Origin: Chloroflexota bacterium
GTDB taxonomy: Bacteria > Chloroflexota > UBA11872 > VXNJ01
Direction of reading: 5' to 3'
DNA length: 64,000 nucleotides
NCBI GenBank assembly: GCA_965261345.1
Contig: OZ253449.1
Coordinates: 1,184,001-1,248,000, forward strand
The notes below the pieces were generated by a model that saw only the letters and a program-made list of their open reading frames with translations, did no database searches and was not told the DNA's origin. A program made the translations under genes and the position numbers. Positions 27,048 through 36,890 of the stretch are shown piece by piece; position 1 is the first letter of the stretch, and every line of letters begins with the position of its first letter.

Positions 27048-29119
27048 AAACCAGGCCGAAAAGCCCAAAACGCGCGTCGGGGCTCAAACAGATTAGCAAT
27101 GACCTCGAAGACCTCCCTGAGGCCGCCAAACCGATTTAGGACACTCTGGATCGATATTTCGTGGGAATTCTGGGCCCATGCAACGATCGCGCCGGCGGCA
27201 ACCGCATTTTTAAGACCCCGCGCCAAATCCCGATTCGCAGGTCCTTCCATTACCGGCGCAGAAGCTACTTCCCGGCCTTCGGCGACCCCGTTCCGATTGC
27301 CCTCCATCGCCATCTGCGCCGCCTCCCGGCCGTTTGCGGCGGCCGCGGTCAGCCCGGCTTCCCGGCCCGGGTCGGTTCCCGAGGGTTTCCTTTTCCACGA
27401 CTCCCCTTCGGCAAGCGTTAGGTTGGCCACCGTGGCCGCCATCAGCAGCTGGAACCCGGCAAGTTGCCTGCCAAAGAACCGCGACTGGCGCACGCCCAGC
27501 TGGCAGAGCCTGGCCAGGCGGTGCTCGACGCGGGTTCTAAGGCGCGCGATCTTTAAGCCTTCCTTACTGCGCTGGCGGATGCGGGCCTGCTGCAGCAGGC
27601 GTTCCTGGGGATGGACGCTGATGCGGCGGTTGGGTTTGGTCGCAGAGCGTATGCAGGATCTCTTGAGCGGACAGGCCGAGCACTGCTCTTTAGCGAAGTG
27701 GAAGAGGCCGGCGCGTGTCTTGGCGCTGCGCCGGGAGCGCGAGCGGCGGTAATCGGAAGTTATCTGCCCGGCCGGGCAGATGCAGGTTCCCTTTTCCAGA
27801 TCGATGGCAAAGTCCTGCTTTACAAAGTAGCGGCTGGCTGGTTTACCCGGCGCCCTGGCGAAGAGGTCGTACCCGGCGTCGGCGAAGTCCTTGCGGGTGT
27901 CGCCAGCCCCGTAGGCGCAGTCGCCGATGACGATCTCGACTTTGGCGGCGGCGTTCTCTTCGGCCTCCCGCACCAGCGCCAGGGCGCCGCAGTTGTCGGG
28001 GGCGTTGCCCGGGATCACGTCCACCGCGGTTACCAGGCCGGTTGACAAATCTACGGCGATGGCGGCCTTGTGGCCGGCAAAGCGGTTGGTCGAGCTCTTG
28101 CGTCCATGGCGCATCTGCGGATCGTGCGCCGATATGATCCGGTCGCGTCCGCCCCGGACGATCTCCACTTCCTCGCCATCTGCGCCGTCGGCCGAATCCC
28201 TGGCCGCGACACCCCTGTCTCTGACCGCCACCGGGGCGGGATCGACCTCGCCGGCGTCGGTTCCCGCCGGCAGCAGCAGCCGATCGCGGTCGTCGGGAAC
28301 CGGTTTTGCCGGTTCCGCGGGGACGCGTTTTACGTCCTGGAGCAGGATCTGCGACAGCAGCTGCGAGCAGGCCAGGATCTTATCGGCGCGCTTATTGTCG
28401 GGAGCAGGGGATTCAAGCGCGCTGCGGGCCCTTGCCAGCAGCGAGTCGGCGTCTCTGACGATCCGCCCCAGGAACCGGCGGCGCTGTTTACGGTCCGACC
28501 AGTCGATGGCGACAGCGCCCTTCAGGCTCTTGCCGGCATGCAGGTTGTAGCCGTGTTGGCGGGCCCACTCTTTGGGGTCTTGGCCATCCTGTTCGGCCAG
28601 GGCGCCGACCAGCAGGCGGCAGCCGTCCCCGATCAGGTTGTAGGCGTCCCGCACCGCGCCCCTGCCCAGGATGGCGGTGGTATCGATCGCCAGCTTCATG
28701 CTCTGGCCCTTGAAGAAGCCCTTTTTGCGGGCGTGCTGCAGGGAGCGGCGAAATATCCCCCGCGCCCTGCCGTGAACGATCAGCTGCGAGCGAAACAGCT
28801 GCAATGTGGACTTGGCGAACGCGCGTTCTTCCAGCTCGGTCCCCAGCGCCACCTTCCAGCGCAGGTCGTAGTCGGCCCGCTGCTTGGCCTCGTTGTCAGA
28901 GACCTTATCGTGGGCCTGCAGCAGGAGAACGGTGGCCAGCAGCGAGGGCGCCACGCTGGGGCGGCCGTTGTCGGCGCAGTAGAGATCGGCGAAATCTTCG
29001 TCTTTGAACAGCTCTCCCCGCATGCCCGCCAGGCGGCCGTAGAAGGTATCGCGTTCTACGTAGTCAAGGTGCAGGCCGTCGGTCGGGAAGAAGCCCTTTT
29101 GGGCATGGGTCCCCAGCAT
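27044..29119 (-). CDS. IS1182-family DDE transposase (691 aa)
   Basis: ATG 29119 with GGTGGAG RBS; GRPSVAP, YDLRWKVALG, IDTT, DPQMRHGRKS, GHK, GDCAYG, CPAG...CSACPLKRSC, RTRVEH. Confidence 0.92.
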   Translation of the reverse strand: MLGTHAQKGFFPTDGLHLDYVERDTFYGRLAGMRGELFKDEDFADLYCADNGRPSVAPSLLATVLLLQAHDKVSDNEAKQRADYDLRWKVALGTELEERAFAKSTLQLFRSQLIVHGRARGIFRRSLQHARKKGFFKGQSMKLAIDTTAILGRGAVRDAYNLIGDGCRLLVGALAEQDGQDPKEWARQHGYNLHAGKSLKGAVAIDWSDRKQRRRFLGRIVRDADSLLARARSALESPAPDNKRADKILACSQLLSQILLQDVKRVPAEPAKPVPDDRDRLLLPAGTDAGEVDPAPVAVRDRGVAARDSADGADGEEVEIVRGGRDRIISAHDPQMRHGRKSSTNRFAGHKAAIAVDLSTGLVTAVDVIPGNAPDNCGALALVREAEENAAAKVEIVIGDCAYGAGDTRKDFADAGYDLFARAPGKPASRYFVKQDFAIDLEKGTCICPAGQITSDYRRSRSRRSAKTRAGLFHFAKEQCSACPLKRSCIRSATKPNRRISVHPQERLLQQARIRQRSKEGLKIARLRTRVEHRLARLCQLGVRQSRFFGRQLAGFQLLMAATVANLTLAEGESWKRKPSGTDPGREAGLTAAAANGREAAQMAMEGNRNGVAEGREVASAPVMEGPANRDLARGLKNAVAAGAIVAWAQNSHEISIQSVLNRFGGLREVFEVIANLFEPRRAFWAFRPGF

Positions 29120-29240
29120 GTCTCCACCACCCGGCAATGCTATGTTTTTATCAATGGAAAGGCTCCGCAAGATGCCTGTTGATATTTTATATGTTTGATG
29201 ACGGATTAGCCCTTTGTACAGGGGCTTTTCGGCCGGGCTT
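27048..29240 (-). mobile_element. IS1182-family insertion sequence, 2193 bp, CTAG target duplication
   Basis: 19-bp terminal IRs 27048-27066 (aaaccaggccgaaaagccc) and 29222-29240 (rc aagcccggccgaaaagccc), 17/19 identical. CTAG at 27044-27047 and 29241-29244. Confidence 0.9.
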
Positions 29241-29266
29241 CTAGGATCCCGTCTGCGGCGAGGCTG

Positions 29267-29962
29267 GTGGCAATCTTTGACCAGCTGCTTTCCTACCACG
29301 GGCCGCAGCGGTGGTGGCCCGAGAGCGGTCCCAACCGGGCCGATTACATCTGCCTGGGGGCGATTCTTTGCCAGAACACCGCCTGGCGCAACGCGGCGGC
29401 GGCGCTTGACCGGCTCGAACGCGCCGGGCTGACTGCGGTTGCCGACCTGGCGCAGATCGAATCGGAAGAGCTCGCCGAGCTGATTCGACCGGCCGGCTAC
29501 TTTCGCCAAAAGAGTCGGAAACTAAAGGAATTCGCCAGCCTGGCAGATGCCTACGGCGGGCTTTCTGGATTGCTCGAACTGGACACTGCCAACCTGCGCC
29601 GGGAGCTGCTGGGCTGCTGGGGGATCGGCCCCGAAACCGCCGATGCGATCCTGCTATTTGCCGCCCGGCGGGCGACCCTAGTCATTGACACCTATGCGGT
29701 ACGGACCTGGTCGCGGATCGGGCTGCTTGATGCAGGCGTTGATCGCGAGGCCCTCCGGACCGCCCTCATCGCGGCGCTCAACCCCGACGCCGAGTTCGCC
29801 GCCGAGTACCATGCCCTGCTCATCCAGCATGGCAAGAACCACTGTCGCGCCCGTCCGCTGTGCGGCGATTGCCCGCTGCGGGGCGAGTGCGCCTACGGTG
29901 CCCGCCACCCGGACCGGCCGGCGCTGGGACCGGCGCGCAACGCCTGGTCGGGCCGGGATTGA
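29267..29962 (+). CDS. HhH-GPD endonuclease III-related DNA glycosylase
   Basis: GPQRWWP, GAILCQNTAW, IRPAGYFRQK, GIGPETADAILL, CRARPLCGDCPLRGEC Fe-S motif. Confidence 0.9.
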   Translation: MAIFDQLLSYHGPQRWWPESGPNRADYICLGAILCQNTAWRNAAAALDRLERAGLTAVADLAQIESEELAELIRPAGYFRQKSRKLKEFASLADAYGGLSGLLELDTANLRRELLGCWGIGPETADAILLFAARRATLVIDTYAVRTWSRIGLLDAGVDREALRTALIAALNPDAEFAAEYHALLIQHGKNHCRARPLCGDCPLRGECAYGARHPDRPALGPARNAWSGRD

Positions 29963-30049
29963 AGCGGCGCGAATGCAAAATCTTGAATCAACTGGCAGGG
30001 GGTCGCCGGTGGCAGGTGATCCCATAGCAAACTACCAAGGGCCGAATAA

Positions 30050-30979
30050 ATGCAATATCGCCGCCTAGGCAAGACCGACTGGCAAGTTTCCGTGGTGAGC
30101 ATGGGGGCGTGGGCGCTGGGCAACCAGTGGGGCGAACTGTCCGATGCGGGCGCCACCGCCACCGTGCGCGCCGGATTGGACGCCGGGATCAATCTCTTTG
30201 ATACCGCCGACAACTACGGTCCGCTGCTGTCCGAGCAGCGATTGGGAAAGGCCCTCGGGGGTGATCGCGCCAACGTCCACATCGCCACCAAGGTCGGGCA
30301 TCTGCTCTACCGCCAGGGCCACCCGCAGGTCTATACCCACCCGCTGCACGTGGTCGCGGCCTGCCATGGCAGCCTGCACCGCCTGGGGACCGATTACATC
30401 GACATATTCCAGTGCCACGACCAGGACCCCCCGCACCCCGAGGTATATCTGGAGGGATTTGAAATCCTGCGCCAGCAGGGCAAGATCCGCCATTTTGGAA
30501 TTTCCTCGGGTAAGCCGCAGGTCATTGCCGCATTCGATCAGGACGGCGGCTGCGCGACCGCCCAGATCGACTATTCGGCGATCCGGCGGTCGGCCGAACG
30601 CGAGGCACTCCCGTTGTGTGCTGAGCGCGACATCGGAACCCTGATCCGCGGCGCGCTGGGCCAGGGAGTTCTAACCGGCAAATACACCGGCGAAAGCAAG
30701 TTCGACGACGACGTGCGCGGGCAATGGAATTCGGGTGAACGCCGCCGCCTCTTTCTCGCCGAGCTGGGCATCGCCGAGGAGATCGCCGAACTCGGCCGGC
30801 CGGACCGCACGATCATCGACCTGGCGCTGGCTTTCGTACTTGCCCAGGATGGGGTAACCTGCGCAATCGCCGGAGCCAAATCGGCGGACCAGACAATCGC
30901 CAATTCCAGTGCTGCATCGGTTGAGTTGACCGTGGGCGAGCTTGAGAAAATCCGTGCCCTCAGCGCAGCTATGGTATAG
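30050..30979 (+). CDS. Aldo/keto reductase
   Basis: MQYRRLG, FDTADNYG, ATKVG, LGTDYID, GKIRHFGIS. Confidence 0.92.
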   Translation: MQYRRLGKTDWQVSVVSMGAWALGNQWGELSDAGATATVRAGLDAGINLFDTADNYGPLLSEQRLGKALGGDRANVHIATKVGHLLYRQGHPQVYTHPLHVVAACHGSLHRLGTDYIDIFQCHDQDPPHPEVYLEGFEILRQQGKIRHFGISSGKPQVIAAFDQDGGCATAQIDYSAIRRSAEREALPLCAERDIGTLIRGALGQGVLTGKYTGESKFDDDVRGQWNSGERRRLFLAELGIAEEIAELGRPDRTIIDLALAFVLAQDGVTCAIAGAKSADQTIANSSAASVELTVGELEKIRALSAAMV

Positions 30980-31225
30980 CGCCGGGCAGCTGCCCCGGGG
31001 TTCATTACTGCCGCCAGGGCGGCGGGCAACTGGCCCACCGGCTCAACTATTGCGTCGGCGCAGAGCCCGGCGGGCGGGAGGCGGTCAGGTCGCCGGGCAG
31101 CCGCTGGGCATCGCGAAGGGTCGCGATCTGGCCGGCCGCCGCGCGCGCCGATTGCAACGCCAACTCATCGTCGCGGATCAGGGTTTGATCCCTGTCAAAC
31201 ACCAGCGCCGGGATCGATCCGTGCG

Positions 31226-31828
31226 CTATCGCCGCAGCGGCTGCCATTGCAACCCGGGCGGCAATTCGGAGTTGATCCCAGTCCAGACGAGCAGCCGCTG
31301 GACCGTCGCCGCAACGATCTGGTCGAGCGAGTCCGGGCGATCGTAAAAAGCCGGCATCGGCGGGGCGATCACCGCCCCCAATCGGGCCAGGGCGAGCAGG
31401 TTCTGCAGGTGAATTGCCGAGAGCGGGCACTCGCGTGGGACCAGCACCAGGGTCCGCCTCTCCTTGATTGCCACGTCGCCCATCCGGTGGATCAGGTTCG
31501 AGCCGACTCCACTGGCAATCGCTCCCACCGTGGCCATCGAGGCCGGGGCGATGGCGTAGGCGTTAACCGGATAACTGCCCGAGGCCAATGGCGAGGCCAG
31601 ATCGGAGCTCTTGTGGACCTGCAACCGCCCCTGATCGGACAGCTTTTCGATATCGGCCTCGATCGGCCGGCCCAGCTCCTGGCTCCACATCAGCCGCCCA
31701 AAGCCCGAGCAGACGAACTCCAGCCGCCAGCCAGCCGCCAGCACCGCCTCGGCCAGTGCCAGCGCCAGCACTGCCCCCGAGGCTCCGGTTACCCCCAGGG
31801 CCAGGCGCCGATCGACGGCCGAAGACAT
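31226..31828 (-). CDS. ubiX: Flavin prenyltransferase UbiX
   Basis: GVTGASGA, ASGS, NLIHR, KERR.LVLVPRE, PPMPAFY. Confidence 0.93.
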   Translation of the reverse strand: MSSAVDRRLALGVTGASGAVLALALAEAVLAAGWRLEFVCSGFGRLMWSQELGRPIEADIEKLSDQGRLQVHKSSDLASPLASGSYPVNAYAIAPASMATVGAIASGVGSNLIHRMGDVAIKERRTLVLVPRECPLSAIHLQNLLALARLGAVIAPPMPAFYDRPDSLDQIVAATVQRLLVWTGINSELPPGLQWQPLRR

Positions 31829-31830
31829 CG

Positions 31831-32697
31831 CTAGGCCGCCGCCAGCCCGAGGACTACGACCGCCAGCAGGATGATGGCCACGTACCCGTTCAGATCAAAG
31901 AATGCCTTGGGCAGGCGCGAGAGGTCGTTGGGCTTTACGATGGTTCCCTCGTAGGCGAGGATGAGCAGCACCACCACCACTCCGGCCCAGTAGGGCCAGC
32001 CCAGCCCGGCGGTTAACCCGACCGCCGCCAGGGCGGCGGTCGCGAGCAGGTGTGAGAGGCGGGTTAGCCAGAGCCCGGTGCCGATCGAAAAGCGGGCGGG
32101 GATCGAATGCAGGCGCTGGGCGCGATCGACGGCTATGTCCTGGCAGGCGTAGATGATGTCGAACCCGGCTATCCAGAAGGTCATCGCCAGTGCCAGATAG
32201 ACGCCGGGGAGATCGAGCCGTCCGGCAATTGCGATCCAGGCCCCGGCCACCGCGATCGAATCGGCCAGCCCCAGGATCCAGTGCCCCAGATAGGTAAATC
32301 GCTTGGCGTAGGGGTAAAGCGTCACCACCAGGATCGCGACCGGTGAGAGCAGCAGGGCCAGCGGGTCAAGCAGCCAAGCGCAGACCACCAGCACGGCGTA
32401 ACCGACCAGCATCAGGGCGCCCATCTCCAGGCGATGCATGGCGCCGCTGGGCAGGGCGCGATCGGCGGTGCGCGGGTTGGCGGCGTCGATCTTGGCGTCA
32501 ATTAGCCGATTGGCCGCCATCGCCCCGGTGCGAGCGCCGACCATCGCTGCGGTAATTAGCAGGGCGTCGCCCCAGCCGGGCCAGCCAGCCCCGGCCAGCA
32601 GCATCGCCGTGTAGGCAAAGGGGAGGGCAAAGATCGAGTGCTCGAACCGGATCGCCTCTCCATAGACGGCGACCTTACGGGCGGCGGTTGCGAGCAC
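31831..32697 (-). CDS. ubiA: UbiA-family prenyltransferase (MqnP-like)
   Basis: IRFEHSIFALPFA, NRLIDAKIDAANPRT, YPYAKRFT, GFDIIYACQD. Confidence 0.9.
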   Translation of the reverse strand: MLATAARKVAVYGEAIRFEHSIFALPFAYTAMLLAGAGWPGWGDALLITAAMVGARTGAMAANRLIDAKIDAANPRTADRALPSGAMHRLEMGALMLVGYAVLVVCAWLLDPLALLLSPVAILVVTLYPYAKRFTYLGHWILGLADSIAVAGAWIAIAGRLDLPGVYLALAMTFWIAGFDIIYACQDIAVDRAQRLHSIPARFSIGTGLWLTRLSHLLATAALAAVGLTAGLGWPYWAGVVVVLLILAYEGTIVKPNDLSRLPKAFFDLNGYVAIILLAVVVLGLAAA

Positions 32698-32714
32698 CGG
32701 GACCGTCGCGGTGG

Positions 32715-33401
32715 CTAGGCTGGGGTTATCGGGGCCAGCGCGAAGATGACCGCGAAGGGCTTGCAGTAGATGATTACCGAGCCGATCGATTCGATATCCA
32801 AGTCGGGTGGCAACGGGTAGTTCTGGTTACCGATGTTGCCCTTGAGCTTGCCCAATTCGGTGTATCCGGCAGCAACCAGGTCATCGTGGCCAAACGGGTT
32901 CGGGTTGGGCGAGGTCAGCACCCGCAGGTCGGGGCCGTTGGTTACCTCGAATTCCTCAAACCGCAGGACCCGCGACCCATTGCCCAGATCGTAGATCGTG
33001 GCGATGCCGTCACCGCGGTGGAACAGATCACCATCGATGAATCCGCCGCTGGCCAACACAACCGGGTCGGGCGCCGGGGTTACCGGCGGAGTGCTGCCGG
33101 CCAGGTTTCGGTCCAGACCGGCGGCCGCCGGTTGGGCGATCGTCATGTCGGGCATCGGCTCCTCAACCGGATTGGTGAGCTGCGCCATCGTTTCCATTAC
33201 CACCTGGGCGTCGGCCGGGGCGATGTTGCCCGGGATCGTGGCCGTGGCCAGTTCAGGGAAGTCCTCATCGACTGTCTGGGAGATAAATAGCGGCGCGCCG
33301 AGCCACCAGGCCAGCCCGCCGGCCGGGGCGAATATGACCACCGCCACGATCAGGGCGATTAAGGGGTGGGCCTGGATTTTGACCCTTAGCATTTTGATCA
33401 C
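32715..33401 (-). CDS. Membrane-anchored DM13-domain protein
   Basis: TM, PLF...VDE, HRGDG, NGPDLRV, LGKLKGNIGNQNY, VIIYCKPFAVIF. Confidence 0.88.
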   Translation of the reverse strand: MIKMLRVKIQAHPLIALIVAVVIFAPAGGLAWWLGAPLFISQTVDEDFPELATATIPGNIAPADAQVVMETMAQLTNPVEEPMPDMTIAQPAAAGLDRNLAGSTPPVTPAPDPVVLASGGFIDGDLFHRGDGIATIYDLGNGSRVLRFEEFEVTNGPDLRVLTSPNPNPFGHDDLVAAGYTELGKLKGNIGNQNYPLPPDLDIESIGSVIIYCKPFAVIFALAPITPA

Positions 33402-34852
33402 AGGCCGTATTCCTTCCAGCGGCTGTCAACCAACTCCACAATTTTGGGGTCCATGACGATATCGGGCGGCCAGCGCCGCCGATAGCCTTCAGATTCGAGC
33501 TTGATGGTGGCATCAATGCCGATCTTGCCAGCAATGTTGGGCTCGCGGGCGGCGTGGTCCAGCGTGTCGGTCGGGCCGGCCGATATCTCGATGTCATGGG
33601 CCGGATCGACGTTGTTGCCGACTCGCCAGAGCACCTCGCGCAGGTTCTGCACGTCGACGTTGGCATCGACGATGATCACGAACTTGGAAAACATGAGCTG
33701 GCCCAGGCCCCAGATCGCATGCATGACCTTGCGGGCATGGCCCGGGTAACGCTTGCGGATCGAAAAGATCGCCATATTGTGGAAGACCGAATCGTAGGGC
33801 AGGTGCATGTCGACCAGCTCGGGCACCATCAGGCGGACCAGCGGCAGGAACAACCGTTCGGTGGCCCCGCCCAGGAACCGATCCTCCTTCGGCGGGCGCC
33901 CGACGATGGTGGATATGTAGATCGGGTCGGCGCGCCGGGTAATGGCGGTAACGTGCAGCACCGGGTAGTCATCCTCAAGCGAATAGACCCCGGTATGGTC
34001 GCCAAACGGCCCTTCGCGGCGCAGCTCCGATGGGTCTATCCAGCCCTCGATTACGAATTCGCTGTTGGCGGGAACGTCGATGTCAACGGTCACCGCGGAA
34101 ATCATCGGGACCGGCTTTTGCCGCAGAAAACCGGCGAATACGGTCTCATCGATTCCCGGTGGAAGCGGAGCGGTGGCCGCATAAATCAGCGCCGGTTCGG
34201 CACCGATGGCAACCGCAACCTCCAGGCGTCGGGAACCCTGCGCCCGGTCAAAGTGCTCGGAACCGCCTTTGTGCAGCTGCCAGTGCATCCCCAGGGTTTT
34301 CTCGTCAAAGACCTGCAGCCGGTACATGCCGACGTTGCGCTTGCCGGTGACCGGGTCGTGGGTAAAAACCAGCGGCAGGGTGATGTAGCGTCCGCCATCG
34401 GCCGGCCAGCATTTCTGGATCGGCAGCTCCAGGAGCGAGGGATTGGTGGTCTCGACCACCTCCTGGGCGGGCCCGGACCGCACCCGGCGGGGTTGGATTC
34501 GAGCGACCTTGGCCAGGTCCCCCAGTGCCGCCAGCTTTGCCCGCAGGCCCCGCGGCGGGCCGGCTTGGACCAGGTCGAGGAGATCGCCGAGCCGATGCTC
34601 CAGATCACCCCACTCGTTAGCCCCTAGGGCCCAGGCGGTGCGCTGGGCCGATCCGAAGACATTGATCGCCAGGGGAAAGCTCGAACCCTTCACGTTTTCA
34701 AACAGGAGGGCTGGTCCGCCGCCGGGCTCGGCCATCACCCGGTCGGCGATCTCGGTTATCTCCAGCTCCGGATCGACCGGCACCTTGATGCGGCGCAGTT
34801 GGCCGGCTTTTTCTAGGTGGGCGAGAAAATCGCGCAGGCTGTCAAACCGCAT
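33398..34852 (-). CDS. ubiD: UbiD-family menaquinone biosynthesis decarboxylase (MqnL-like)
   Basis: MRFDSLRDFL, LEITEI, CWPADGGRYIT, NVGMYRLQ, EGPFGDHTG, GRPPKED, KIGIDAT. Confidence 0.93.
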   Translation of the reverse strand: MRFDSLRDFLAHLEKAGQLRRIKVPVDPELEITEIADRVMAEPGGGPALLFENVKGSSFPLAINVFGSAQRTAWALGANEWGDLEHRLGDLLDLVQAGPPRGLRAKLAALGDLAKVARIQPRRVRSGPAQEVVETTNPSLLELPIQKCWPADGGRYITLPLVFTHDPVTGKRNVGMYRLQVFDEKTLGMHWQLHKGGSEHFDRAQGSRRLEVAVAIGAEPALIYAATAPLPPGIDETVFAGFLRQKPVPMISAVTVDIDVPANSEFVIEGWIDPSELRREGPFGDHTGVYSLEDDYPVLHVTAITRRADPIYISTIVGRPPKEDRFLGGATERLFLPLVRLMVPELVDMHLPYDSVFHNMAIFSIRKRYPGHARKVMHAIWGLGQLMFSKFVIIVDANVDVQNLREVLWRVGNNVDPAHDIEISAGPTDTLDHAAREPNIAGKIGIDATIKLESEGYRRRWPPDIVMDPKIVELVDSRWKEYGL

Positions 34853-34947
34853 CGGTCGGCCCCCTTTCGCCCGGGAAGTGCCGGGTGCGTCCGGATCGAT
34901 AAGGCCCATCCGGCTCGCGCCCAATCCTAGGAGGGAAAACGGCCAAG

Positions 34948-35736
34948 CTAGAACTCCTCCCAGGGCAGCTGCGAGAGGTCGTCGATTACCCAGTCGGGTG
35001 TGGCCGATCCCGCCGCCTCTGCGTCGGCGCGGGTGGCAACTCCGGTAAGGACCAGTACCGAACGGGCCCCCAGGGCCTTGGCCGCCCCGATGTCGGTTTC
35101 GAGGTTGTCGCCGACCAGTATCAGGTCGGCCGGCGCGGCCGCCTCGCGAGTGAGGATTTGGTCGAACATCCGGGGTGAGGGCTTGCCGACCACGATCGCC
35201 TCGGCCCCCGACGAGAAGGTCAGCGCACTGGCCAGTGCGCCGCCTCCGGGCAGCGACCCCGAGGACCAGGGAAACTCGCGATCGTTGGATGGGATTATCA
35301 GGCGGGCGCCGCCGTGGCGGAGCGCCCAGTGGGCGTGCGAGAGCGCCCTAAAGCTCAAATCGGCGTCGAGCGAGGCCACCACCGCATCGACCTCTCCCGA
35401 ATCTAGTGAACGGGTGGTGGCAATCCCGGCCCGCTCGATCTGGTCGGAGAGGTACTCGGTCCCCATTACCAGGGCGCGCCGGCAGGGCGGATCCAACTCG
35501 GCCAGGACCCAGGCAGTGGCGTCGGCGGCGCAAACGATCTGCTCGGGCCGCGCCGGGATCCCCATCCCCTCGAGGCGCCGGGCGATGGCCGCCGCCCCGT
35601 AGTGGGTGTTGTTGGTACCAAAGTAGACCGCCAGGCCATTCTGCGAGGCGCGCGCCACCGCCTCGCTGGCGTAATCGATCAGCGACGTTCCGCGGTAGAT
35701 TACCCCGTCCAGGTCAAACGAGATGATCTTGGACAT
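34948..35736 (-). CDS. HAD-IIA (NagD-like) phosphatase
   Basis: FDLDGVIY, TNN, GKPS, VGDNLETDI, LVLTGV. Confidence 0.9.
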   Translation of the reverse strand: MSKIISFDLDGVIYRGTSLIDYASEAVARASQNGLAVYFGTNNTHYGAAAIARRLEGMGIPARPEQIVCAADATAWVLAELDPPCRRALVMGTEYLSDQIERAGIATTRSLDSGEVDAVVASLDADLSFRALSHAHWALRHGGARLIIPSNDREFPWSSGSLPGGGALASALTFSSGAEAIVVGKPSPRMFDQILTREAAAPADLILVGDNLETDIGAAKALGARSVLVLTGVATRADAEAAGSATPDWVIDDLSQLPWEEF

Positions 35737-35773
35737 TTAACCGGCCGCAATTCTGTGGGCGCTGACCGCCCGG

Positions 35774-36763
35774 TCAGCTTGAGTAAACGCCGTTGACGAC
35801 GACATCGCGCGGCCAACTGCCGGAGAGAACATCAATCACGTTCTGGGCACCGTCGGTGATCATTCGCTCGACCGCCTCAGAGGAAACTCCGGCCACGTGC
35901 GGGGCCAGGATGACATTGTCGAGCCGGCACAGCGGGGAATCTTGCGACAGCGGCTCGACGTCGAAGACGTCAAGTCCGGCGCCGGCGATCTGGCCGGTCT
36001 GCAGGGCCTCGATTAGGGCCGATTCGTCGATCAGCTGGCCGCGTGCGGTGTTGACTACGATCGCGTTCGACTTCATCGCTGCGAATCGTTCGGCGTTGAG
36101 CAGATGGAATGTCGCGGGAGTGTTGGGGGCGTGCAGGGTGATCAGGTCGGCGCGCCGCACCAGGTCATCGATATCAGTGAGCTCGATACCCTGGGCGCTG
36201 AGAAATTGGGGATCCGGGAAAGTCTCGGTGGCGATTATGTTCATGCCAAAGGCCTTGGCGCGGAGCGCTACGCGGCGCCCGATTCGGCCCAGGCCAACGA
36301 TGCCGATGGTCTGGCCGAAGACATCATTGCCGGGCACCCGGGTAAAGGAGCCGTTGCGCACCGCCCGGTGATTTGCCGGCAGGCAACGCGAGAGCGCCAT
36401 CCCCAGGAGCATCGCGAACTCGGCAACTGTATCGGCGTTGGCGTGCGGCGTGATTGTGACCACCACCCCGTGCTCGGCTGCAGCCACGTGGTCGACGGCG
36501 TCATAGCCGACCCCGGTGCGGGAGATGACCTTCAGTTCCGGGCAGGCTTCGATGACCGTGCGGTTGACCGGTCCCCCGCCGACGATCAACCCGGCGGCCC
36601 CAGGCAGGATCTCCAGCAGGGTCTGGGTCACCTCTTCCTCGCTGGGAATCCCCACGTAGGGAGGCCCGTTGGCGTATTCATGGCCGCCGCCGGAAATGAC
36701 CAGCGAGAGACGGTCTACGGTTTCCTTGGTGGCGGAAGAGGAAAAGCCCAATACCTTGGCCAT
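35774..36763 (-). CDS. D-isomer-specific 2-hydroxyacid dehydrogenase (phosphoglycerate dehydrogenase-like)
   Basis: RTGVGYD, VAE, GLGRIG, NTARG, GAGLDVF..EP, PHVAG. Start set at ATG 36763. Confidence 0.9.
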   Translation of the reverse strand: MAKVLGFSSSATKETVDRLSLVISGGGHEYANGPPYVGIPSEEEVTQTLLEILPGAAGLIVGGGPVNRTVIEACPELKVISRTGVGYDAVDHVAAAEHGVVVTITPHANADTVAEFAMLLGMALSRCLPANHRAVRNGSFTRVPGNDVFGQTIGIVGLGRIGRRVALRAKAFGMNIIATETFPDPQFLSAQGIELTDIDDLVRRADLITLHAPNTPATFHLLNAERFAAMKSNAIVVNTARGQLIDESALIEALQTGQIAGAGLDVFDVEPLSQDSPLCRLDNVILAPHVAGVSSEAVERMITDGAQNVIDVLSGSWPRDVVVNGVYSS

Positions 36764-36890
36764 GGGTGCTCCATATGGCGTGCGCGTGGTGCTAGCTTGA
36801 CCAACGCACAATAATTTCTGTTGACGGTAAGCTGCCCGAGCAGCTTCGTACCGCATTAATTCTCCCGTTCGATCGGCCTGCGTGGAACAG

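Noticed and set aside
29120-29509. 821-aa transposase as given by the track
   Set aside because: The extension crosses the IS terminal repeat and is antisense to the glycosylase; the supported start is ATG 29119.
30980-31225. SRP RNA-like segment (gcggtcaggtcgccgggcagccgc) or small ORF in a convergent gap
   Set aside because: Lacks the GNRA-capped CC/GG helix and AAGCAG loop of SRP; no convincing start or protein motif.
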